Virus record (IMG/VR): IMGVR_UViG_3300030117_003836
Location: 1-56,056 of that record
DNA from: a virus
Lineage: Duplodnaviria; Caudoviricetes
Length of the DNA: 56,056 nucleotides
Reading direction: 5' to 3' (one strand)
Shown: piece by piece, positions 48,535 through 56,056 of the stretch
Numbering within the stretch: the stretch's first letter is position 1
Layout: each line of letters opens with the position of its first letter
Notes under the pieces: model-generated
What the model was told of the DNA's origin: nothing
Database searches by the model: none
Seen by the model: the letters and a program-made list of their open reading frames with translations, nothing else
Made by a program: the position numbers and the translations under genes

Positions 48535-48568
48535 ACATCACTCCTTATTTATTTAATTCATTAGCCTT

Positions 48569-49100
48569 ATAACTACTGACAACTAGTTACCAATAGTGTT
48601 GAAGACATATCTATTATTAACAACTTTTATTAATTATTAAATTGTTTATTAAGATAGTTTTATGATTTGCACATAAAATATAATAGTTATACGTATCCTT
48701 GGCTATTATCTAGACTCTAGATTTCATATTGATAATTAACTGTAATACTAAGCGCTATTGCTATTATAGGGACTACTAGTCTATCTTAATATGTTAATAG
48801 TATCATGATGGATCTAAGCTCATACTCTTGTCCACCTCTACATTATGAGAGAAACCCAGTCAGGGCCCTGTAGTGATACTAATGCTAAATCATTATAAGC
48901 ATAAGCCTGATAGTTTCTATAGACAAGTCTACACTATATCCTAGGAGTATAATGCAACTATATTTTATACAGTCAGTGTTATTAATTAACTGCTTTACCT
49001 ATGCTACAAATGATATTGACTTGGGTAATAAGGCACAATAAGACCCCAGAGCTATTTCAAGGTTGTATTAGTCTGTTATCTTATTGTTCTTATTAGTCAA
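48569..49100 (+). ncRNA. Second candidate large structured RNA (or ssDNA structure), antisense to flanking genes
   Basis: No ORF; nested inverted repeats whose G-U pairs all favour the + strand. Confidence 0.5.
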
Positions 49101-49111
49101 ATGTTTATTCA

Positions 49112-49315
49112 TTAGTTAGCTAACAATCCATGTATTGGTTCATTATTAATACTAACTCCAAAGCCTTGATCAGCTTTAGCTTGACAGAATCCAGCAATGT
49201 ATTCAGGACTCTTATCATATAATACTTTACTGCCCATTATCTCAGCAGCATGGTTTTTATTTTTACCATAGTACATTTCATTGTACCATTCTATTTTTAT
49301 TTTACTTGGTTTCAC
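49112..49315 (-). CDS. Hypothetical early protein
   Basis: 67 aa, GTG start with AAGGAGG. Confidence 0.6.
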   Translation of the reverse strand: MKPSKIKIEWYNEMYYGKNKNHAAEIMGSKVLYDKSPEYIAGFCQAKADQGFGVSINNEPIHGLLAN

Positions 49316-49467
49316 AATTACTATCCTCCTTTTGACAGTGTTTAGTGTAAGTTTATGTTATATATTACTGAATCATTAGACTATTATGGGTAGCTATATA
49401 ACTACGCTTTACCCTTACTTACTATAATAATAACATAAATAACACATAAAAGGAGAAAACCTAAGGA

Positions 49468-49704
49468 TTATTCCTCAGGTTCCTCCAAATTACTTATCAT
49501 ATCACTTAAATCATGACCAAACATCGCAGCTTCTTCAGCAATAGCTTGTATCGCAAAGTTTCTACGCTGTTTAACTTGATATTGAGACTCTACACTCTTT
49601 CTAAATATAGGATCCCAACCCTTCTTAGCAGGTGCATTCAATATCATAGGACGAAACTGATTCAACACCTTCAACATTAGATTAACGAAATATTCTTTAT
49701 TCAT
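49468..49704 (-). CDS. Hypothetical early protein (first gene of the - strand block)
   Basis: 78 aa with RBS AAGGAG. Confidence 0.6.
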   Translation of the reverse strand: MNKEYFVNLMLKVLNQFRPMILNAPAKKGWDPIFRKSVESQYQVKQRRNFAIQAIAEEAAMFGHDLSDMISNLEEPEE

Positions 49705-50045
49705 TCTATCTCCTTTTTATTTCATAATATTATTAATTATTATTAATCATAAAATTCTAAATGAATTTTAACGAAAATTTCCTTTTGGAAATCCGCCCGA
49801 TAGGGCGGTTATATATCTAAAAGACCACACGATAAAATGCTACAATTTTTAAACCTTTTCTCTTCGACAAACTAACATAATTTTTCACCTCTCTCGTCGA
49901 CAAAATCTTGGATTGCATACACAAAACCGACTGATTAGTCTGTAAAAATTATAAGTCATTGTTTTTCAACAACTTATGCATCAAAAAAAACGCTTGATTA
50001 TTTCAAATAAAGTATATAATATATATATAATGTTTTAACAATGTA
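49705..50045. promoter_or_regulatory. Divergent control region between early and late blocks
   Basis: Non-coding; CCGCCC-gata-GGGCGG hairpin (49793-49808), two TCTCnTCGACAAA repeats, TATAAT boxes at 50015 and 50026. Confidence 0.55.
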
Positions 50046-50246
50046 ATGGAGGTTATTATGGCTACTAAAAAATATGTCTTAACAATACAATACGATGATA
50101 CTGGAGATAATTGTGAGTACATACAAGAAGAAATAGTTGATGATACTCCAGAAACTAAAAGAATAGTCTACGAGGCTAATGTGCAAGATTACTTTGACAA
50201 GCCAAGCTTAGCAATGTTACTAGATGATGAAATAGCAGAAGCTTAG
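50046..50246 (+). CDS. Small acidic hypothetical protein
   Basis: Likely start at the second Met (MATKKY) after GGAGG; followed by GGCCCC-tagg-GGGGCC hairpin at 50252-50267. Confidence 0.6.
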   Translation: MEVIMATKKYVLTIQYDDTGDNCEYIQEEIVDDTPETKRIVYEANVQDYFDKPSLAMLLDDEIAEA

Positions 50247-50290
50247 TAATCGGCCCCTAGGGGGGCCTCGTTAATTAACAGGGAGATAAT

Positions 50291-50500
50291 ATGGATGTAT
50301 GGACATTAAATGAGAAGCTCAAACAAGTCACTAGTGAATTAGACTTGTGTAATAAGCGTTTAACGCATATAGAAAGTTTCTTGGGTAACTTGAATAAAAA
50401 GCTAGAAAGTATAAATAAGGTTTCAAATGAGGCAGTACAAGATAAGAAGGCTAAACCATCGAGTGTACGAACCAAACGATCCGCTGCCAAAAAATCTTAA
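50291..50500 (+). CDS. Small coiled-coil protein overlapping terS
   Basis: 69 aa with RBS GGGAG; overlaps the next ORF by 74 nt. Confidence 0.55.
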   Translation: MDVWTLNEKLKQVTSELDLCNKRLTHIESFLGNLNKKLESINKVSNEAVQDKKAKPSSVRTKRSAAKKS

Positions 50501-51158
50501 AGTAGTTGAGGATTGGAGGGATGGTCACATAGGTGATTGGGTACTAGCAGACGATGATTGCGTCATTCAAGTATTAAGACGGGGGCAAATGTTGCGCTCG
50601 AAAGGTAAAAATAAGGTCAGAGAATATATAGGAACATGCACAGGCACGTTTCCTATAGGTCCAAATATTAAGATGGATACTTCTAAAAGAATTAACATCT
50701 ATTCATTTGGAGGAAATAAAAATCCTGATGACATTCTCTTGGATCGGACTAAGCTCAGTAAAGCTGAACAAGTCTTCGTCTTATATATGGCACAAGGATT
50801 AAAGCCAGAACAGGCTTATATTAAAGCATTCCCTACTAATAATATTAGGTATGCTAAAGAAAAATCTACAGATTTAATAAAAACTGAGAGGGTAAAGACG
50901 GCTATGAAAGAAGAATTAAAGCCAGTATTAAAAGAATTAGGTGTTGATGAAACCTATATATTAAAAGGTATTAAATCAGAAGCAGAAACAGCTGAAAAAT
51001 CTGATACAAGATTAAAAGCTCTATTTAAACTGTCTGATATTATGGATTTAGAAGATAAAAATCAAACTAAAGTCACACAAATATCAGGAGCTGTATTTAA
51101 AGGGTTTGATGGAAATGCTTTAGAGGAAGTACAACGACCAAAGGAGATAGAAGAATGA
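50427..51158 (+). CDS. terS: Probable terminase small subunit
   Basis: HTH-like 'EQVFVLYMAQGLKPEQAYIKAF', oligomerisation helix 'DTRLKALFKLSDIMDL'; upstream of terL. Confidence 0.65.
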   Translation: MRQYKIRRLNHRVYEPNDPLPKNLKVVEDWRDGHIGDWVLADDDCVIQVLRRGQMLRSKGKNKVREYIGTCTGTFPIGPNIKMDTSKRINIYSFGGNKNPDDILLDRTKLSKAEQVFVLYMAQGLKPEQAYIKAFPTNNIRYAKEKSTDLIKTERVKTAMKEELKPVLKELGVDETYILKGIKSEAETAEKSDTRLKALFKLSDIMDLEDKNQTKVTQISGAVFKGFDGNALEEVQRPKEIEE

Positions 51159-51586
51159 AGGACTTTATGTTCGAACAATTAAAAAGATTAGATAAATACG
51201 ACACTATGTCTCAAAGATCTAGAGTAAGACCTAATCCTATGTCTAAACCAGCTCCAATGCCTGGACCATCACCATTAAATAGACCTGAATTTGGTCATTT
51301 AGAACACCAAGAAGAACCATTAGGGTTTGAAGATTGGTTGTCAAATCAACCTTATGGAGGTCAAATATCTCCATTTCAACCACAAGGGACAGATTTTTGG
51401 CAAGAACAGTACAATGACTATCTAAGAGGCTGGGAATCTAAGTTTGGTGAAGGACAAGGCATGGGTGGAGGTATGGGAAACTCAGGATATGGAAGTCAAA
51501 TGGGACCTGGTTCAGGAGGCCCTAGAGATATGGGCACCCCGTCTATGGGTAATTTGTTAAGAGGAAAGCCTAACAAAAGTTATTAA
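51155..51586 (+). CDS. Low-complexity Pro/Gly/Met-rich protein
   Basis: 143 aa, coupled start/stop. Confidence 0.55.
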   Translation: MKDFMFEQLKRLDKYDTMSQRSRVRPNPMSKPAPMPGPSPLNRPEFGHLEHQEEPLGFEDWLSNQPYGGQISPFQPQGTDFWQEQYNDYLRGWESKFGEGQGMGGGMGNSGYGSQMGPGSGGPRDMGTPSMGNLLRGKPNKSY

Positions 51587-51768
51587 TGGACTTTTTTAAA
51601 AATTTTGCCAATTATTTTAAGGCAGATACAGATATTATAGTAAATAGGATAAATTATTGTAAGAATTGTCCTTTTATAACGCCCAAATTTAGATGTACTA
51701 AGTGTGGGTGTTTTATGAAACTAAAAACAATGTTGGCTCATTCAAAATGTCCAATAGGAAAGTGGTAA
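51586..51768 (+). CDS. Small Cys-rich metal-binding protein
   Basis: CKNCP...CTKCGCFM...CPIGKW. Confidence 0.7.
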   Translation: MDFFKNFANYFKADTDIIVNRINYCKNCPFITPKFRCTKCGCFMKLKTMLAHSKCPIGKW

Positions 51769-52523
51769 TGGCAGAAAAAAACATAGGTATATTAGGATTA
51801 ATCACCTCTGGAATACAAGGAGGCGATAAATTAATGGAATATATTAAAGAAAATGCTACTACTGAAGCAGATATGGCATATTTAAGAGAAAAAGCTGGGT
51901 TAATGGCTAGTGATTATTATACAGGATTGCTAGGTCACCCACTTACAGGCCTTACAAATATAGATGAATTAGTCACTGGCAAAAGAGGTAGCTATAGAGG
52001 TCAAACTTTAGACTTTTGGGGAGATGGTAATTCATCAACTTTCGATATAGAACAAGCAAAAAGATATGGAATTACACCTGCTCCAGATATATTGGGCGTA
52101 TATTTAGGAGATGTTACGCCCGAAAGTCAAGGACTTAAACCTCATGATGAATTGCCATCTAAAGGTTATCCATTTAAGCCAGGACCTGTATATAATGTAG
52201 AAGATTATATATTTTTTGATGGAATTAATATTAATAATTCAGAAGTTTCTAAGTTATTAAATATGAAACCTGGCGATTCTATGAAATTAGACCAAGAGCA
52301 AGTTGCTAAATATTCTGCAATAGACATGGGTAGAAGTAATTGGAGCGTAGGAAAAAATAAAGATGGTAGTTATTATGTATCAGTTGCAGATGTCTGGGAT
52401 TTTAAAGGCGATGATTATGGGACATATCAACAAATAATGGAATATGTTGGTGCAAAACCTATAAATATGTACGGAAGGTTTCCTTTAAATATAGAAGGAG
52501 ATATACAGGTTGAGCAATATTAA
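51768..52523 (+). CDS. Hypothetical protein
   Basis: Likely start ATG 51768 (TAATG coupling), MAEKNIG...; C-terminal YVSVADVWDF. Confidence 0.6.
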   Translation: MAEKNIGILGLITSGIQGGDKLMEYIKENATTEADMAYLREKAGLMASDYYTGLLGHPLTGLTNIDELVTGKRGSYRGQTLDFWGDGNSSTFDIEQAKRYGITPAPDILGVYLGDVTPESQGLKPHDELPSKGYPFKPGPVYNVEDYIFFDGININNSEVSKLLNMKPGDSMKLDQEQVAKYSAIDMGRSNWSVGKNKDGSYYVSVADVWDFKGDDYGTYQQIMEYVGAKPINMYGRFPLNIEGDIQVEQY

Positions 52524-54066
52524 TCTACACAATGTTTCTAAAGAAGAACAAGCTTTAGAATTAGCTAAACATGATATGATAGCATTTGGTAAATTATTTT
52601 TACCAGAAGATTTTATGAGAAGTGAAACTCCATTTTTTCATTATCAAGTAGCAGATACTATTTCAAATTTAGATAAAAAGCAAACAGCAATTATTTTACC
52701 AAGGGGACATGGAAAGACAGTACTTACAAAATGCAATATCATGCATGATTTTTGTTTTGCTAAAGATCCATTATTTTATGGTTGGGTTGCGGCCTCTTCT
52801 AAGATTTCCGTACCTAATCTCGATTATATTAAATATCATTTGGAATATAATGATAAAGTGTTGTATTATTTCGGTAATTTAAAGGGGAGGAAGTGGACCG
52901 AAGATGATATTGAACTTAAAAACGGTTGCAAACTTATTAGTAAATCCAACCTCTCAGGAATTAGGGGTGGTGCTAAATTGCATAAAAGATACGATCTTAT
53001 CGTACTTGACGACTTTGAAGATGAGAATAATACCGTTACGCCTGAGTCTAGGGCTAAAATCAGCAATCTTGTTACAGCTGTTGTGTTTCCTGCTCTCGAG
53101 CCTGGTACTGGTCGCCTTAGGATTAATGGTACACCTGTTCATTTTGATGCGTTCATCCAGAATATACTTATCGGGCATGAACGTGCTAAAAAAGAAGGTA
53201 AAAAATTTAGCTGGGATGTTATAACGTATAAAGCAATACAAGAAGATGGAACTCCTTTATGGCCTAGTTGGTTTGGTGAAAAGGAGATGGCTAGAAAAAA
53301 GAAATTTTATACTGATTCTGGACAACCTCAAAAGTTTTACCAAGAATATATGATGGAAGTTCAGTCTAAAGAAGATGCGATATTTACAAGAGAGCATATA
53401 AAATATCATAATGGAAAATACAAATATGACGAAGATCAAGGCATTTCTTACCTTATTACAGACGATGGGGGAGAAGTTCCTGTCAACGTATTCGCGGGTG
53501 TCGATCCTGCTACTGATAGCGTTAGGCGTGACACTGATTTTTCCGTTTTATGTTTTATTGCAGTTGACGGTGATAATAATGTATATGTCCTTGATTATAT
53601 ACGAAAACGTTCAATTCCTGTTCTGGGGATTCCTGGAGAAGGTAAAAAAGGTATTGTGGATTATATGTTTGATTATAATAAAATATATCATCCTTCCTTA
53701 TACGTGGTTGAAGACACGACTATGTCCAAACCAGTTTTCCAGTCGTTGGTATCAGAAATGCGTAGACGAAACGACTTTGGAGTTAAATATTGCGCTGAAA
53801 AACCTGGTACAAGGATGTCGAAACGTGATAGGATACAAGAGATTTTGGCACAAAGATTTGCAATAAAAAGTGTATATATGAAAAAAGACCACTATGAATT
53901 GCAACATGAAGTTTTAACATTTGGCCCTAGGATGGGTCATGACGATACAATAGATGCTTTAGCTTATGCTTGTAAATATGCTAATCCTCCTAAATCTATT
54001 AAAAAGAATAAAGGCGGAGATTGGTTTAAACATAAACCTAAAGCAAAAAGTTGGATAACAGCTTAG
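52510..54066 (+). CDS. terL: Terminase large subunit
   Basis: Walker A LPRGHGKT, Walker B LIVLDDFE, GTP coupling motif, nuclease AGVDPA and HDDTIDALAY. Confidence 0.93.
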   Translation: MSNINLHNVSKEEQALELAKHDMIAFGKLFLPEDFMRSETPFFHYQVADTISNLDKKQTAIILPRGHGKTVLTKCNIMHDFCFAKDPLFYGWVAASSKISVPNLDYIKYHLEYNDKVLYYFGNLKGRKWTEDDIELKNGCKLISKSNLSGIRGGAKLHKRYDLIVLDDFEDENNTVTPESRAKISNLVTAVVFPALEPGTGRLRINGTPVHFDAFIQNILIGHERAKKEGKKFSWDVITYKAIQEDGTPLWPSWFGEKEMARKKKFYTDSGQPQKFYQEYMMEVQSKEDAIFTREHIKYHNGKYKYDEDQGISYLITDDGGEVPVNVFAGVDPATDSVRRDTDFSVLCFIAVDGDNNVYVLDYIRKRSIPVLGIPGEGKKGIVDYMFDYNKIYHPSLYVVEDTTMSKPVFQSLVSEMRRRNDFGVKYCAEKPGTRMSKRDRIQEILAQRFAIKSVYMKKDHYELQHEVLTFGPRMGHDDTIDALAYACKYANPPKSIKKNKGGDWFKHKPKAKSWITA

Positions 54067-54073
54067 GAGAATT

Positions 54074-54217
54074 ATGAAACAAAGAATGCATATATGACCA
54101 TTTAAAGGAACACCTCATTCGGTGAATGAGAAGCATACAAAAGCTCCTAAGGGAGCTAGTCACTGGAATAAAAGTGAATTTGCAGTCGCTAATAATAAAT
54201 ATAAAGAAGGCAAGTAA
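54074..54217 (+). CDS. Small ORF with in-frame TGA; candidate selenoprotein/readthrough gene (not in track)
   Basis: SD AGGAGA, ATG 54074, MKQRMHI-[TGA 54095]-PFKGTPHSVNEKHTKAPKGASHWNKSEFAVANNKYKEGK, TAA overlapping the portal ATG. Confidence 0.55.
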
Positions 54218-56056
54218 TGGCTAAAAAAATAACTAAAGAAGTACAAAGAATACATGATTTATTTGAAATTGCTAATGGAGAAAATAGAGCTCAATGGGAA
54301 TATATCAATCAAAAAGGTGTAGACTTTGCTAACGATAATCAATTAACAGATGAAGAGAGGGTTACATTAGAAGAACAAGGAATGCCCACCTTCACAATAA
54401 ACCGCATATTGCCTGTAGTAGAAATGTTAAATTTTTACGCCACAGCAAACAAACCTAGATGGCAAGCTGTTGGAGTTGATGGTAGTGATACTGATGTTGC
54501 TGCTGTATTTTCCGACATGGCTGATTATATATGGGACTTGTCTGATGGATCCTCTCTTTACGCTAATTGTGTAAATGATTCTGTTACTAAAGGAGTAGGG
54601 TATATGCATGTTACTGTAGACCAAGACTCTGATAATGGAATGGGTGATGTAGTTATTAAACAGCCAGAACCATTTGATTTATTTGTAGACCCTAAGTCTA
54701 GAGATTTATTGTTTAGAGACGCTTCATTTGTTATGATAAGAAAAATATTACCTAAGTCACATTTGTTAAAAATATATCCTGATTTAGCATCTAAAATTAA
54801 AAAATCTGCTAGTTTAAATGATAATGATTATAATTATTCAGAAAAATCTAGAGATAAATATATGAAAGATTTTGGATATAAAGATGTTGATACAGATGAA
54901 AGCCCAGATAAAGATGGAGCTAGAGATGACGTAGTAGAATTTTTTGAAACTTATGAAAAAATTAAAATTAAATATGTAAATGTATTTTATCAACAACCAT
55001 TAACTAAAGAAGTATTGCAACAAATACAGCAACAAGTAAAAGTTCAAATGCAGGAAATGGCTTCTGAATTACAAGTTAAAGCTTTAGAACAGCAAAAATC
55101 TATGGAGGCAGCTGTTCAATCTGGAGAAATGATTCCAGAAAGATTTCAATTAGAAATGCAAAAAATGCAAGAAGGAATGCAACAACAATTAGCTCAAGCA
55201 GAACAGCAAATGACTGCTGAATTACAACAGCAAGCTACTATTATTCAAAATATGGTAATTACAGAAAAAGAATTTAAAGTAATATCTCAAGATAAAAAGT
55301 TTGCAGCAACTATAGTAGATGCTGTTCCTTTTCATGGAGATAGAATACAATTATGTTGCAGCACTGGTGATACAATGTTATATAAAAAAATATTACCAGA
55401 AGGAATTACAGAATACCCTATAGTACCATTTCATTATAAGTGGACAGGAACTCCTTATCCAATAAGTGCAGTTTCTCCATTAATGGGTAAACAAAGAGAA
55501 GTAAATAAAGCTCATCAATTATTAGTTCATAATGCTTCATTAGGTAGTTCATTAAGATTTGTACACGAAGAAGGTTCTATTGATACGGATTATTGGGAAA
55601 AGTATTCAAGTGCTCCAGGAGCTTTATTACCTGTAAGACCTGGATCAACTCCTCCAACACCAATACAACCTGCTCCATTAAATAGTGCATTTTTTAATAT
55701 TGTTCAAAACTCTAAATCTGATATGGAATATTTAGCAGGTATATATTCTTCTATGATGGGAGATACAGGCTCTCAACATGAAACTTATAGAGGTATGTTA
55801 GCCATGGATGAATATGGTACAAGAAGAATTAAACAGTGGATGCAAAATGCTTTAGAACCTGCATTAAAACAAATGGGAACTATTATAAAACAATTTACAC
55901 AATCTGTTTATACTGCTCAAAAAACTTTTAGAATTGTTCAACCAAGTGCATTACAAGAGCAAAGGCAAGTTGAAATTAATATACCTGTTTACAATGATTT
56001 AGGAGAAGCAGTAGGTAAGATAAAGGATTATAGTGCTGCAAAATTTGATGTAAGAA
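54217..56056 (+). CDS. Portal protein (P22-like), N-terminal part; ~766 aa when joined with 100-560
   Basis: Open from ATG 54217 to the window end (missed by the track); TINRILPVVE, LFVDPKSRD, YPIVPF, KQREVNK motifs; follows terL. Confidence 0.9.
   Translation, partial: MAKKITKEVQRIHDLFEIANGENRAQWEYINQKGVDFANDNQLTDEERVTLEEQGMPTFTINRILPVVEMLNFYATANKPRWQAVGVDGSDTDVAAVFSDMADYIWDLSDGSSLYANCVNDSVTKGVGYMHVTVDQDSDNGMGDVVIKQPEPFDLFVDPKSRDLLFRDASFVMIRKILPKSHLLKIYPDLASKIKKSASLNDNDYNYSEKSRDKYMKDFGYKDVDTDESPDKDGARDDVVEFFETYEKIKIKYVNVFYQQPLTKEVLQQIQQQVKVQMQEMASELQVKALEQQKSMEAAVQSGEMIPERFQLEMQKMQEGMQQQLAQAEQQMTAELQQQATIIQNMVITEKEFKVISQDKKFAATIVDAVPFHGDRIQLCCSTGDTMLYKKILPEGITEYPIVPFHYKWTGTPYPISAVSPLMGKQREVNKAHQLLVHNASLGSSLRFVHEEGSIDTDYWEKYSSAPGALLPVRPGSTPPTPIQPAPLNSAFFNIVQNSKSDMEYLAGIYSSMMGDTGSQHETYRGMLAMDEYGTRRIKQWMQNALEPALKQMGTIIKQFTQSVYTAQKTFRIVQPSALQEQRQVEINIPVYNDLGEAVGKIKDYSAAKFDVR
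55959..56056. repeat. Terminal direct repeat, right copy
   Basis: Identical to 2-99. Confidence 0.95.

Noticed and set aside
54095-54097. Genome-wide stop-codon reassignment
   Set aside because: TGA and TAG end normal genes (e.g. 9818, 23339, 51158; 560, 1492) and long ORFs are intact under code 11.
577-54624. Antisense and alternate-frame ORFs in the track (e.g. 577-825, 10338-10802, 29239-29565, 43430-43810, 53411-53866, 54427-54624)
   Set aside because: They lie within well-supported genes, lack RBS and motifs, and are shadow ORFs.
1-56056. Integrase, CRISPR array, tRNA genes, reverse transcriptase/DGR, introns or inteins
   Set aside because: No supporting motifs or repeat-spacer structure found by eye; terL, capsid and primase appear uninterrupted.

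Overview
The window is an essentially complete, circularly permuted genome (~55.96 kb; bases 2-99 recur at 55959-56056) of an AT-rich tailed phage with podovirus-type architecture. A + strand late block (50046 -> end, wrapping to 37575) encodes small and large terminase, a P22-like portal split across the contig ends, scaffold, major capsid, head/tail proteins, a lysis-type cluster and a run of probable ejection proteins. One of these is a 2874-aa protein with the DYDID signature of crAss-type two-barrel virion RNA polymerases. A - strand early/middle block (49704 -> 37572) encodes many small proteins, an ERF annealing protein, an SSB-like protein, an AEP primase-helicase and a Holliday junction resolvase. 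I recognise no DNA polymerase, integrase, tRNA or CRISPR array. Most notable: (1) a four-gene ubiquitin-like conjugation operon (Ubl-E2-JAB-E1, 43124-46288) carried by the phage; (2) two ~420-nt densely paired non-coding regions at 47.5-49.1 kb that look like large structured RNAs on opposite strands; (3) an unannotated 47-codon ORF before the portal with an in-frame TGA and a SECIS-like hairpin; (4) a two-copy covarying leader RNA motif at late-gene ribosome-binding sites. All calls come from motifs read by eye; no database searches were run.
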